The notes beneath the pieces were generated by a model. It saw only the letters and a list, made by a program, of their open reading frames with translations. It was not told the origin of the DNA and did no database searches. A stretch of 63,782 bases of DNA, counting the filler, from Aduncisulcus paluster (Eukaryota): NCBI GenBank assembly GCA_024181965.1. It is 8 parts of 8 records of this genome, joined end to end, with 100 filler letters (N's around TTAATTAATTAA, not from the genome) between each part and the next. Parts side by side here need not be neighbours in the genome. Positions count along the whole stretch, not along the records: positions 1 to 11,338 come from BQXS01012680.1; positions 11,439 to 19,976 come from BQXS01012681.1; 6 more parts are not named here. One strand, written 5' to 3'. Each line of letters opens with the position of its first letter. Positions within the stretch are counted from its first letter, which is position 1. Below, piece by piece: positions 1-12,322 of this stretch. The position numbers were made by a program, and so were the translations under genes.

Positions 1-3000
1 GGCACACACAGGATGCGAACAAAGGCAGGGAACAGAACTGAGCTGGGACATGACATCCAATGTGAGCAAGGACTATCAGGAGTAACACTAGAGTTGTGTA
101 GGTAGTCTTTCCGCTTCCATTGGCTCCATAAATTAACTGTACAGAGCAAGAAGGTGCCACAAAGACATCGTTGGGAACAATATGATTAAACCCAGAAACT
201 TGAGTGGAAGCAGTAGAAGAGGAGAGAGATGGATGAGACATCGGAAATGATCCAATGCCACGATGATTACTCATACATCTGTCCAAATCACCCACATCAT
301 TTCCAGAAGACTCACTTTCCTCCTCTCTCACAGATCCTTCTTTATAACGCTCTTTCTCTTTCTCTTTCTCTTTCTCTTTCCCATTATTACTACTGTTTCT
401 GTGTGAGAGTGGTCGTGAATGGTGTTTTGTTCGTTTCTGGCCAAATTGATGAGATCTATCCGAAGAGGGTTCGATGCCTATGATCGTCCCAGATAAAAGG
501 GGGTGAATACAATTCCTCAGGGCTAGTGGAGTGTGTGCTTGAGTGAAGATAGGAATGGAAGAGAAAGGTTGAAGTGCGACATACGAACTCAGGGAGCAGA
601 TCATATCTAAAAAACTCACAGCGTTACACAGAGCATGTAGGGAAGGCATATAGGGTTTAATACTCTCAAATAGATTTCCAAGGACAGTGTCGACCATTAT
701 CAAAAGCTCGTCCAAGGCTTGCTGGATGGACATTGAGATCGATCTGACCTCAGGCGTTGTGAAATGGACATGGGAATGCTTCATGCAGACCTGAATGGCA
801 TCAATGGGGAGCTGTGAGGACAAATAAGGAGATGGGAGGTAAGGCATTGAAGGAATAGAGCGAGATGTGGAAGAGTGTTGTCTTAATGATGACCCCATTG
901 GAGATATTAAACCAAAGTTATTTGATGTGGAGGAAGACATTATCCCAGAGCGAATTGGAGTTATGAAGCCACGTTGGGGGGGAAACTGCATATTATCAGA
1001 TGATAATATAGGGATATTAGATGTCTGATTATCTTGACTGACAACTCTTGTAGATGTTCGTGTGCTTTTAGACTGTTTAGTGGAAGATCTTGGTGTCTTG
1101 AATGCTCCATCAATGATTCCATCTGTTTGCCATCCAGCAAGGTCATGCTGAACAGCTCCAACACTTCCTGCTCCACGTGTTGATAGCTTATCCTTCTCTA
1201 TGTGAGTGCAAAGATGAATCCCTCGACGAGAGTCATATACGACTCGTATATCCTCCAAAGGCTGAAGCACCATCGTTTCATCCACACCTCTACCAGTAGC
1301 TCCTTGACGATGTAATAGTGGGGCAGAACGATGCACAACTTCATCAACAAAGGACTCTGCTTGGCGTAACTGGTCAGCGAGTGGATCATATATGCTTCCT
1401 CTTCTCTTATCATGGCCAGGAGTTTTTTCTGTATCCGTAAAGCCGACTGATTCGCCTCCTCTTCGTCCCTGTCTGCGTCCTCTGTTGATCTCCTCAACAA
1501 TACAGTATAAATCCCCTACACTTTCACATAAGGTTGTCCTACACACGTCAAGCAAGCCACTCACTCCAACCCTCACACNNNNNNNNNNNNNNNNNNNNGT
1601 AATAGTGGGGCAGAACGATGCACAACTTCATCAACAAAGGACTCTGCTTGGCGTAACTGGTCAGCGAGTGGATCATATATGCTTCCTCTTCTCTTATCAT
1701 GGCCAGGAGTTTTTTCTGTATCCGTAAAGCCGACTGATTCGCCTCCTCTTCGTCCCTGTCTGCGTCCTCTGTTGATCTCCTCAACAATACAGTATAAATC
1801 CCCTACACTTTCACATAAGGTTGTCCTACACACGTCAAGCAAGCCACTCACTCCAACCCTCACACAGAATCCAGCGGTAAGCGTTGAGAGCGGAGCAGTG
1901 TGACGAACAATATCAAATAGAGGCGATGCTTGGTCAGGAGAAGAGGGAAGAAGAAGAAGAAGAAGAGGAGGAGGAGGAATATCTTCTTTTCTTCTTCATG
2001 GTGGTAGAGGGTGTCTTCTTTCTTCTTCTAGATCCTCTTGATCCTCTTTCTTCTTCTTCTTCTTCATCTTCATCATAGTCTCGACCTTCAGAAAGATCTT
2101 TGTCATCCCCGGAGCTTTCATCCCAATCCCCTGTTTGTTTAAGCATGTTCTGAACGGCTACTCGGGCAGAGTCAGAGAGAGCAACTGTGGCGGCAGTAGC
2201 ATTCTCTTGTGGGCTTAGTAGAATCTTTTCAATGGTATTACATACGTGCACGAGGTCTGTGTTACTTAGAGTGTCTCTAATGGTACATAAAAGGGGGGAT
2301 TTACAGCCATAGAGTCCAGAGGATACAGTCGGAGCACAGCTAACGATTGTACGGAGTGTGAGAAGAGATAAGGCTGTAAATCGGGCTGTTTGAGGTGTTG
2401 GATGTAATGAAGATCTCGAGATGGCAGACAGCGCTCGATCACAATCGCCAAGCTTGGGAAGACTGTTGACAACTGCGAAGAATAGTGTCTCATCACTCAA
2501 TAATTCTGTTATGGCCTCTTGTCTTGCAAGTATAGTAGCAGAATCACATGGAGGATGGAGTAAATTAGAACGAAGCATCCTTTTACCACCCACTGTCTTG
2601 CAATAGTTCAAAACAGAGAACAAAGACTTGTGGGATGAAGAGTTCTTGCTGGTTTTGATTCCAATCGAATCATTATGGAGCGATAACGATTTGTTTACAT
2701 TTTGTTGGAGCTTTTTAATGTGAACGGGGNNNNNNNNNNNNNNNNNNNNATTAGAACGAAGCATCCTTTTACCACCCACTGTCTTGCAATAGTTCAAAAC
2801 AGAGAACAAAGACTTGTGGGATGAAGAGTTCTTGCTGGTTTTGATTCCAATCGAATCATTATGGAGCGATAACGATTTGTTTACATTTTGTTGGAGCTTT
2901 TTAATGTGAACGGGGGCATGCTTTCTTTCGGTCAGTAATTCAAGGTGTCTCACGGTAAGAGAATCCAATAACATGTGACTTCCGTGTTTATGAGTCGAAA

Positions 3001-3484
3001 TAATAAGAGAAGAAGATCGAAACTGATTTCCTTGACTCAACTCAACAGAGTGAATCAGAGCTGCGGCAGCACAAAAGGCCAAATAAGTGTTCACAGAATC
3101 AATGTCTTGCGGCAATGATGAACACCGCTCTTTCAGTAACACTCTAGCTTGATTTGGGTTGAAAAAACTACGGGGAACCAAAGTAATAATAGTTCCGGGA
3201 TTCGGTTCTTCTTTAGAAACAGGATCTGAATAAGTTGTTTTTGATTCGGTATGAGGAGATATTAATCGTAATAAATGGCTTCCTTTGCTGGTTGTGGGAA
3301 ACAAAATCTCAACGGGTTCATAGCAGGAAATAAGACTCAATGTATTGAAATAGGACATTGTATCTGATACTTGTTCCAAAATTAATTCGGTTGAATTCGT
3401 ATAAAAGAAGCATATCCCAACTTCATGGTGTTTGTTTTCTAAGACACAAGCCATACATTTGTTGGTGTCTTTATCTTTTTGCAT
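1..3484 (-). CDS. MSH4: MutS homolog 4 (meiotic), 3'-truncated by the window edge; one apparent frameshift near 1945-1998 and two gap-overlap duplications
   Basis: N-term EVGICF..ELILEQVSD..Y..TLSLI..YEPVEIL; SLFSVLNYCKTVGGKRMLRSNLLHPP; VRVGVSGLLDVCR; LCNAVSFLDM. Manual translation of 1-180 (-) gives VPNDV..LIYGANGSGKTTY..LAHIGCHVPA (MutS Walker A). No mismatch-binding domain I, as expected for MSH4/5. Confidence 0.85.
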
Positions 3485-3958
3485 CAAATATTTGATGAAT
3501 ATTCACAAATTCAATGATATACTTCGAACAAAAATTTGTTATATGGAGATAAAGTAGTTACGAAGAATCCATGGAAACAAACCAAAATAACCTATATACG
3601 GAGGGTAAAGATAATCGAAATGGGTCGTCAAATTAATATCAAATTATTAGTGTTATATTGAGTTAAGATATACACAGGAATGACTTTTTGCTTTTTCCAG
3701 CAATGTTGAGAAGAGAAGATAACCTTCTGGAAAGCTTTGAAGAATTTGTCATCTCACAACTTGGAAAAAAAAATACTTCATGGAGAATGATTGTTTATCA
3801 GAAATGAATTAATCAACATTTTAGTGTTTTTGCAGGTGCGCCGAGAATTTCACCGGCACAAAAAAAAACGCTCATTTTTGATGTCTTTGTTGAAAATATT
3901 CTCTAGTTGTTTATTTATTCGTATTATATTCTTCTAAAATATCAAATTTTGTCCCTTT

Positions 3959-4567
3959 ATGTCGCTTGAATATCAAGATATGGGGATAAAGCCAACCTTT
4001 TCCCGGAAAGGGTGTAAACCTTGGATTCATCCAGCTGGCAAAGAATCTCCCGGGTGTGAACCACCTTATTCTCTTGATCATCCAAAAGTAATCAAAATTT
4101 GTGAATGGACATCCAGTGCAAAGGATGATTCTGGTGATTTGACGAAATACTTGCGTAAATTGTTGAAAGGAATTGATGGTTTATGTTTCTCTCAAATTTC
4201 CCTTCCATTTATTTCTCGTAGTTCTGTCAAAGGCATTTACCTGCTTGTTGGTATTGATTGCCCGAAGCATTTGTCTATTATCTTTACTCATGGAGATACC
4301 GGATTGGTTTCTGTAAAAGAATATGACTTTGACAAGCCTCGAATGGATTGTGCGTGGTATTACCTGCCTGTTGATTTGGAAAATGTTATTAAGTGTAAGT
4401 TCGAAGTAGAGGATGAAAAGTGTTGGGATGGTGAGTTCTGGCCTGCGATTTCTGGAATTCGAATAATTCGTTGTTCAGATTTAGAACTTGAGGAGATTAG
4501 AATATCGAAACGCAGGAAAGACACCCTAGAGGACTCCGCTTACTTGAGAACTTCACATTACGCTTGA
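3959..4567 (+). CDS. Single-copy member of the lineage-specific repeat-domain family
   Basis: IKPTFSRKG..FSQISLPF..VKGIYLLV..PKHLSIIFT..KEYDF..WYYLPVDLENVIKC matches the repeats at 30170-32180 and 51921-53342. Confidence 0.75.
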   Translation: MSLEYQDMGIKPTFSRKGCKPWIHPAGKESPGCEPPYSLDHPKVIKICEWTSSAKDDSGDLTKYLRKLLKGIDGLCFSQISLPFISRSSVKGIYLLVGIDCPKHLSIIFTHGDTGLVSVKEYDFDKPRMDCAWYYLPVDLENVIKCKFEVEDEKCWDGEFWPAISGIRIIRCSDLELEEIRISKRRKDTLEDSAYLRTSHYA

Positions 4568-4872
4568 AGGTTTCGATCGAAGCGCTGAAAAGTCATTTGT
4601 TGTTTATCTTCATCTATCATTTGTATTTTGTGTGTAGTTTATCAAATAAATCGATTTGGATGAATCATTCAAGTTCATTTTCAATCGAGCTTTTCTTGCT
4701 ATTATCCGGATTTATATTTTTTGAAAGACTTTAAGAGGGTGAATTTATCATAATTAATAATTATTATCATCATTAAAGAACAATAATACCTTCATTTCGA
4801 ACTAAAAAACAAAATTGGTTCTAACCAGTCTATTTCTTTATTATTTCTAGAGATTATAAACAATAATATACA

Positions 4873-5295
4873 ATGTCATTCCTACTAAAACATTTAAAAC
4901 ATGCCTATGCTATTGAGCAAGCTTTAGAATTCTTCCAAGAAAAAGTCGTTATCCTCCGATTCGGAATCGAATCCGATATAGGATGTATGGAAATCGATGA
5001 ATTATTATACAATATTGAACCCAAACTTGCCAAATTTGCTGTAATATATGCTATTGATCTTGAAGAAGTTTCAGATTTTACCGAAGTGTATGAATTGTAC
5101 AGTACATATAATATCATGTTCTTTTTTAGAAATAAGCATATTCAAGTTGATTGTGGGAGTGGAGATAATACAAAAATTGATTTCTCGATAACTGAGGAAG
5201 AAGAATTTATTGCCATTGTTGAGCTTGTTTATGAAGCTGGATTGAAAGGAAGGGGACTTGCAGTTGCTCCAAAACAGTATTCTAGAAGGGAATGA
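4873..5295 (+). CDS. TXNL4A: Dim1/U5-15kD thioredoxin-like spliceosomal protein
   Basis: MSFLLKHL..KVVILRFG..CMEIDELL..FAVIYAID..VYELY..MFFFRNKHIQVDCGSGDNTKI..KGRGLAVAPKQYS. Confidence 0.95.
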   Translation: MSFLLKHLKHAYAIEQALEFFQEKVVILRFGIESDIGCMEIDELLYNIEPKLAKFAVIYAIDLEEVSDFTEVYELYSTYNIMFFFRNKHIQVDCGSGDNTKIDFSITEEEEFIAIVELVYEAGLKGRGLAVAPKQYSRRE

Positions 5296-5470
5296 ATTGA
5301 AGAAATGATATTAATTCTCGACATAACGAAGAAACAACCGTTGTTTCTTTTGTGACAAAAAGTGACACTTAATAGATCATGGCAGTTTATTAATAAATAA
5401 AAAAGTAAAAAAATGTTTTGGTTTAATAAATAATAAAACAAGAAAATATGATAAAACCATGCTAATCGAT

Positions 5471-6004
5471 CTACTTAGTCATCATCCAGACACCACCAAC
5501 AGCGGCGCAGAGAGCAAGGACAAGGAGGGCCCAAGTAATAACACAACCAGGAGTGACGGCAGGAGGAAGAGTCTTTCCAGTGATGTCGGCATAAACATCC
5601 TTAGGAACAACATGTTTAAGGATTTTCAAGAGGGGTTGGCCATTGGAACTGTCTCTGTCTTCCTTGAGGTTACGAACACCATTCTTGAACATCTGGACCT
5701 CAGGGGCAGGGTGGGGGCGAGAAGCAGAAGAGGCAACCTGGAGAATATCAATAACGTAGAATTTGACGGGGGTTTTGTCTTCGATCTTCTTCAAGAGCTC
5801 ACAAGTCCTAAGAGACTCAGCTTCTTTGGAGTTAATGTACAAAAGAACATTCTTTCCGGTGCTTCTGACCACTTTTTTCAACTCTTCACGAGTGGAAATG
5901 ACATTCTTGGCGTATTTGGTAGGATCGAAAGCATGAGCCAAAGGAGTAACTTTACCAAGTGTAGGGTTACTAACAGCTTGAGGAGCAGAGCAGGCGTTTC
6001 CCAT
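5471..6004 (-). CDS. Hypothetical protein, possibly thioredoxin-like fold, C-terminal transmembrane anchor
   Basis: 177-aa ORF; hydrophobic tail ITWALLVLALCAAVGGVW; N-terminal MGNAC (possible acylation site). Confidence 0.55.
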   Translation of the reverse strand: MGNACSAPQAVSNPTLGKVTPLAHAFDPTKYAKNVISTREELKKVVRSTGKNVLLYINSKEAESLRTCELLKKIEDKTPVKFYVIDILQVASSASRPHPAPEVQMFKNGVRNLKEDRDSSNGQPLLKILKHVVPKDVYADITGKTLPPAVTPGCVITWALLVLALCAAVGGVWMMTK

Positions 6005-6598
6005 TTATGATGGTTAATAAATTGATGGTGACAAAATATACGTTTCGAAAAAATGGAGTGACACCGTCCAAACTATAACGGGTAAATTCATTCGTATTTC
6101 GACAAATTAATGAGCTTTTTGTAAATAAAACGTTATATAATGAACTCTCCGGATTTTTTTCTCACATAATTATGAAGAATAGATGGGATAAACCGTTCGT
6201 ATTTTTTATTTCTTGGATGGACGGTGTTAAGTGCATAGTCGAAGATGGAACATTATAATCATTGCAAATAAAAAGCGATTTTATTGTTCAAAATTATTCG
6301 AAAGCGGACTCTTGAAGAATTGCCACTTATGGAAGGAGACACCACTGTATAAAGTCAATCTTTTTTCAAGGTTGCCCAAATATTTTTTCTCAAATTGCTG
6401 ATTGGAGCTGGTGAACAAGGAAGAAAATCGTAAACTGGCAAAAGGTCATCCGAGTGAAATATCTCGTGCTGGCTTTTCCAAAAAAAATCTTATTCTGATA
6501 TAAATTGTAGAAGAAATTAGATAGGAAAAAAGGAAATATCAAGATGAAAAGAGAGAACATAATAAAATTTGATTGAAAAGAGGAAGAATTTTGAAGTG

Positions 6599-7273
6599 TT
6601 ATTTTCTTGTAATTCTCTTTAAATTGGAGGTACCCTTTGCCTTTCTTCTCTTTGCTTTCCCTCGTTTTCTTTGAACGAGGATCTTGGATCTTTTTTCGAT
6701 ATCATGCTTACTAAGTCGATGACGGATTTTATCAGATAATACTTTATCTCTCGCAAACTCATCCATAACCGTTTTACCACGGGATTTTTTGGATGTTCTT
6801 GCGGAAAAATAATCACGCGAATCAGAAATCACCACACCAGCCTGCAATCCCTCTCGATCAACACTGGTCTTATCCCTATTTTTTGCTTTTTTTGTTACAT
6901 ATGCACCTGTTTTGTTTGTATCCCAATCAATCTTCTTATAATGGACAGAAGGATCCATGAGATGACGCATTTTTAAGGCCTGGATATCCATTTCCCTTTC
7001 TTTAGCTCGTCTCATTTGTTCTCCTTTCCCAATATATGTGGTTGGCCCATCAATTGTGTATGTATCCGCAGTATATCCCCCAGTTCCATCAAATAAAACT
7101 ACGGAATTTGATTTTTTCGAGTTTATAGCAGCTTTTGCTTTCTGCTCTTTTTCAAGCTTCTTAATTTGCTTCAAAATCTGTGAACCTTTTGATGTTTCAT
7201 AATATTTCCCTTTTAGTATGTCTTTCAATACCAATTGCGAGTTCATTGGCACCAATCCTGGCATTTTTAGCAA
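6599..7273 (-). CDS. FCF2: Fcf2-domain pre-rRNA processing protein; true start uncertain
   Basis: DIQALKMRHLMDPSVHYKK and GVVISDSRDYFSARTSKKSRGKTVMDE resemble the Fcf2 domain; Lys/Arg-rich tail. Confidence 0.75.
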   Translation of the reverse strand: MLKMPGLVPMNSQLVLKDILKGKYYETSKGSQILKQIKKLEKEQKAKAAINSKKSNSVVLFDGTGGYTADTYTIDGPTTYIGKGEQMRRAKEREMDIQALKMRHLMDPSVHYKKIDWDTNKTGAYVTKKAKNRDKTSVDREGLQAGVVISDSRDYFSARTSKKSRGKTVMDEFARDKVLSDKIRHRLSKHDIEKRSKILVQRKRGKAKRRKAKGTSNLKRITRK

Positions 7274-7465
7274 TTGAGCGAGAAATAAGGTGTATTTATA
7301 AAATAGTGACCAATATTATAAGTAAACTGATTAAACATAATTATATATCAATTTTTTATTTTTCAAAGCTCAGAAAATCATCGGGATCTACAGAGTGAAA
7401 TTCAATCATCCATTCATGTATGCTTTTACTTAATTTCTACAATTACAACATAGAGTTCTACTAAA

Positions 7466-8464
7466 TTAATGTCCGTTCTTGCACATTCTGGTTTCTAAAT
7501 ATGTGACTCTTCTATCAATGGAGAGGAGAGCTTTGTTGACCTTTGTTATACTCTGTTCCATTCGTTGAGTCAGAACATCAAGCTTAGAGAGAACGGTGGC
7601 AGAAGTAACAGGTTGAGTATGAGTCTTTTTCTTAATTTCTACGGTTCCTTGGGCGGTTGTAGTCACATCTTGACCACCAACGCTTGAAACATAACTTCCG
7701 TCATCTCCATACCCATATTTCTTATCCTGGTCGCCCCGTAATTCGCTCAAAACACTTTTGGCAATACGATGTTCGACTTCGACAAGAACTGGGCCCATCG
7801 ATTCGGCAACCAAATCACTCATGGCACCACTATCGGCAATGCTTTCGAGAACACGAGCAGCAATGGTATCAACAGCAGCGGGAGTAACACGTTTACCAAG
7901 ACTATCCTTAGTTTCATCAATAAAAAGATCAATTCCTTGTTTTGTTTCAGAAGTAAAGTCAGAAAGGTGAGACATAGTTTGCTTTTCAGATTCTTCAAGA
8001 GCGGCTTCACATTCAACCTTCTTTTTATCAATAGATGATTTTTGTTCCTCCACAAATTTCTCAACGGTATGTTTGGATAGATCAACCATCTTTTTCTCAA
8101 GTTCGGTGGCACATTCTTGAAGAGACTGTCTCAAAGCATTACATTCATCAGAAGAAGCGCTAGAAATCATAGGAAGTGCTTGTTTAGTAACAGAAGAAGC
8201 CAAAGCTTGTTTTTCCTCGTCGGTCAAGGATCTTCTCAAGGCCTTTTCGACAGACACTATTCTTTCACCAAGAGAATTGACAGCTACGGCTAAACTTTGT
8301 TCACTACTATGAGTGGCGGCGGCGCTAGCAAGAGTAGCTCTTTGAATTTCAGCAAGTTGAGTTTCTACAGCCGCAGTCCTACGACGTAATCTCAACAGTT
8401 CACTAACTACACGGACAGAATCCAATTTGTATGCTGATGTTGATTCTAAGTCTGAGCCTTCCAT
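7466..8464 (-). CDS. Coiled-coil hypothetical protein
   Basis: Long ORF with heptad-like composition; ATG at 8464 after an AT-rich leader. Confidence 0.7.
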   Translation of the reverse strand: MEGSDLESTSAYKLDSVRVVSELLRLRRRTAAVETQLAEIQRATLASAAATHSSEQSLAVAVNSLGERIVSVEKALRRSLTDEEKQALASSVTKQALPMISSASSDECNALRQSLQECATELEKKMVDLSKHTVEKFVEEQKSSIDKKKVECEAALEESEKQTMSHLSDFTSETKQGIDLFIDETKDSLGKRVTPAAVDTIAARVLESIADSGAMSDLVAESMGPVLVEVEHRIAKSVLSELRGDQDKKYGYGDDGSYVSSVGGQDVTTTAQGTVEIKKKTHTQPVTSATVLSKLDVLTQRMEQSITKVNKALLSIDRRVTYLETRMCKNGH

Positions 8465-9134
8465 TATTAAATAAAATTTGTCAAGATATCTGGATAGTGA
8501 CGGAAAAATTACTATCGTGGCACTCTTAAATAAGATATTCAATATAGTTGGTCAAGTGTTACAAATGTTTACTTTTTTGTTTTATTATTCTAATTTTTCT
8601 AATTTATTTTAATTGGAAGGTAAGATATAGAAAATTCGCGATAAATTGTCAAATTAAATAAATATGGAAATTTATAATATAAGAATGGACAATACATATT
8701 ATCTTGATCGAAGGATAATTATAGACATTGTAAGAAATCTACTATTTGAGCCAGAATTAAAAATTAATGCTAACTCCTCGAATTCTAATGATGTTTCTTT
8801 TGATGGAAATTTTCTCGGCACTTAAGAGTGATTGTTACTTGTGATAACCCTTAAAATTAGAATTATAAACAATTTGATCAAGTAGCGAGATTTTACTTTA
8901 TCTGAATCTTTTTGTGGTACTATTCCATAAATAAATAATTTAAGTAAGTAGTATTTCACTTTGAATCAGATTCTTATCACCAGATACAGAATTAATACAA
9001 GAAATAAATAAGTTCCTGAAACACACGTTTTTCCATTAAAAACTAATATAATATGCTTTGATAACTCTCAAAAGTTTTAAAATTTGTTTGGTTTTTCTTG
9101 ATGTAGAAGTATGTAGAGTCATTTGCCCCAATCA

Positions 9135-11338
9135 TCATATTCCTCCATTCTCCTCTTTTAATCTTCTTAATATCTCATCGGCCTCATCGACAAGTTCATC
9201 AGGATCGAATGAAAGTTGAGAGGAGAATGAAGAAGATGGTCGTGAGGTGTGCTTGAGTTTAGATTGACGTGCAAGATGAGCATACTTTCCCCGAGGTTCT
9301 TCTTCATCGCTATGGGATACACTGAGTAAGTAGAAATCACTCTTGCTCTCCCTCTCGCCATCACCAAGATCACCGGGGGTCAAAGAGGGGTATTGGGGAG
9401 AGAAACGTTGAGCTCCACTCAGATAGCCGGCACCAGATTGCTTCTTTGTTTGAGCAGACCCATCAGGATGATTGCCATTACCCAACTGATGATGAATGTC
9501 AGCTGGAATGCCGGAAGATGGAATGCCGGAAGATGGAATGCCGGAAGATGGAATATGATGTTGGTTGGGAATAGACGAATGTGAGTGAGGAGGCATGTGA
9601 ACGCCATGGTTTATAGATCCAAGCTGTTGTGCTTTGTTAGTAGTGTGCTCAATGGCACCATGAATAGAAGGCTGGACATGTCCACGTGGTGCACCAGAAA
9701 GAGAGGACATGCCCAATCCAGAAGGCTTTTGAAGGGGAATCAAAGGATCATTCACAGTGTCGACACCACTGACCCATTTTCCAAGCAGGACAAGAACGTC
9801 GTCAGTGATCGTATTTGATGGCTGAATGTAGAATTGGCTGGGTCTTCCACCAAACACACCTACTTTGTTGCGAGTATCGTAAGGGTGAGGAGGATGAGAG
9901 GGAGTGACAAGCTGAAGGGGAGATACGACGGAAGGAGGGGGGCGGAGAGGACTTTGGGTACGAGGTTTGGTGGAAGAAGAGGGTAAGTTTGCCGGAACTG
10001 GAGAATTAGGTTCGGTGGAAGAGGAGGAGGACGACATAGCGAGAGTATCCTCCTCGTCTCTTGCCATTAGCCTCTTTTGACGGTCTACTAAGCTCTTCCG
10101 TTTTGTAGGGCTCACATGTTTCTGACTTTTGGACACGTCAGGCATGAACGTACAACCATCCAGGACATGACTCTTCTTTTCTTCCCGATGCTTCTCATTC
10201 TTTTGTTTCTTCTTCTCATGCCAATGCTTTGTTCTCTCGTGCATAGGTTGTGCCATATCATAGTCAAGCTTATCCTTCACAATGCTGGAACTATTCCCAG
10301 TCGAGGATTTTCTTCTTGCCATCAGTTTGGGCTGAAACGTGCACTCGTGGATCTCTTTTTCTTTGATTTGTTCCCGCATATTCTCGATCAATCGCTCATG
10401 TTTTTCGTGTCTCAACTGCATGACTTGTTGACGGTAGGAAACACGGGACACGGGTGAAATAGAGCTTGTCAGAGAGGGATGCATGGGGGCCGTTAATGTG
10501 GTGACTCCTTCCTCAGCGGTGCCTGACATGTCGCTTAGTTGTCCAGAAACATCGGCTGAAGACACATAAACGTTGGGACGAGACAATTTATCAATGGCTT
10601 CACTTCCTTTGTTTATCATGGGGACAAATGTACACTCTTTCTTAAGCTTCTCTTCCTGCTCTTTAACTTTGTCTTTACGCATTTCTTCAAAGGTTAAGTG
10701 GAGTCGATCTTGGAGGGTTTTGCCGGTTTGCAACTCCCGTTTTCTGGCAAGCAAAATGGATTTCTCGCACAAAACGAGACGTTTCTCTTTCTCCTCCTTT
10801 AAAATCATTTGAGTGATTCTCTCCTTCTTACGACGAGCGGATTCTTCACTCCTTTTCCAGATAACATCAGTCAAATTCGTAGTATTGCCAGAACCAGGTG
10901 TATGAGGAATGCCGGAAGTTGAATGGGACATATCACCGGATAAATCGCCAGATCTATTCGATGAAGAACTTATTTCTGCCGATCTTAAGGGATTCCTTGG
11001 TGGAGTCAAGTATTTGCTGGTGACACTATTTTCTGTTGAAATTCGAATCTCTCGGGCCTTTTCTCGGTATTGATCTCTTTCTTCCTTAAGTGCTGCCTCT
11101 TTTTTAGCATGTTGGCGGAGACGTCTTGCCTCAGCATCACGGTATAACCTCTCAGATACATCTCCCAGACTTAGGTGTGCACTGCGATCAGAAATATGGG
11201 GTTTATGAGGACCCATTTTACGTTTTTCACTCGCTTCTATCGCAATTTGTTTTTTCCTTTGCCGCTCAGCAGCATCGGTATACAAACGCATGGGAGCATC
11301 GTGAAATGAAGCTAATTGTGAAGATATTTCAGTAGATT
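9135..11338 (-). CDS. Coiled-coil protein with repeated CTFxP motifs, 5'-partial at contig edge
   Basis: ECTFVPMIN, ECTFQPKL, GCTFMPDV and RLYxDA motifs; ORF of at least 718 aa near the linker. Confidence 0.7.
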
Positions 11339-11438
11339 NNNNNNNNNNNNNNNNNNNNNNNNNNNNNNNNNNNNNNNNNNNNTTAATTAATTAANNNNNN
11401 NNNNNNNNNNNNNNNNNNNNNNNNNNNNNNNNNNNNNN
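11339..11438. other. Artificial contig linker
   Basis: N44-TTAATTAATTAA-N44, stops in all six frames. Confidence 0.97.
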
Positions 11439-12047
11439 TTTTTGATCAGATTCATGCTCTTTCTTTCTATCGTGACTTCCTCTCCCTTTTCCTCTTCCTC
11501 TCCCTCTTCCTCTCCCTCTTCCTCTTCCCCTACCTCTTCCTCTCCCTTTTCCTTTTCCTTGATATCTTCCAGTCTGGACTCTGTCGGACTTGGAGAAATA
11601 AGAACCAACAGGATCTGTTTGGGGCAAATCTGGTTTCTCCCACTCTTTTGCTGTCCTTTCTCCTTCCCATGGAACAGTAGTTGCAGGCAGAAACTTTGAA
11701 TCAGGAGTCATTGTGAGAATAGACGGACCTCGAACAACAAATTTGGAATAGAAGTCTGGAGTACAATCTCCAGGAAATACTAAAACAGGTGGAGCATCAG
11801 GGTGATCATCTGGAATATATTGAATTGGTTCATCTATATCTAAACCGTCATCTTCACTCATTAAAAACAAATCTGTGGCAATACGAGAATTATTCTGACA
11901 CCAAAGGTAGCAATCTTTTAGAACAACATTAGATAAAGAATCATACCCAATTATAGTTCCTACAACTTCTTTATCATTCTTAATTCCGAATCTAACTCGT
12001 TTTCCAAGATCTTGGCTCAAATCAAAAGAAAAGGGCGTTGAAGACAT
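11439..12047 (-). CDS. Sm/LSm-fold protein (LSm7-like) with RG-repeat tail, 3'-partial
   Basis: Sm1 DLSQDLGKRVRF..KEVVGTIIGYDSLSNVVLKD; Sm2 FVVRGPSILTMTP; (GR)n tail. Confidence 0.7.
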
Positions 12048-12322
12048 TTGATATTAATAATATATTTCAATAAAAGTAGATATTTTGGAAGAAACTGCCC
12101 TTCCTTTGAGTCAAAATTAAAGAATAGGAAAAACTACACTAAGAATAGGAAAAAATTGAAGAATAAGTTAATTTGGAACTTTACATATCATTAATATATC
12201 AAACATTAATTAAGTAGAAGATTATATTTTATTTTATATTATATTATTCTCCCTACTCTCCCAGAGCCATGAATTAGCGAAGATTCATTGTTTTGTCATC
12301 ATGAAACAGAAATTTATTTCTG

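Noticed and set aside
1319..1865. Direct repeat flanking a 20-N gap in MSH4
   Set aside because: Identical sequence on both sides of a scaffold gap: unmerged contig overlap.
2565..2914. Direct repeat flanking a 20-N gap in MSH4
   Set aside because: Same overlap artifact.
5459..6010. 183-aa plus-strand ORF and many similar antisense ORFs in the track
   Set aside because: Shadows of better-supported opposite-strand genes.
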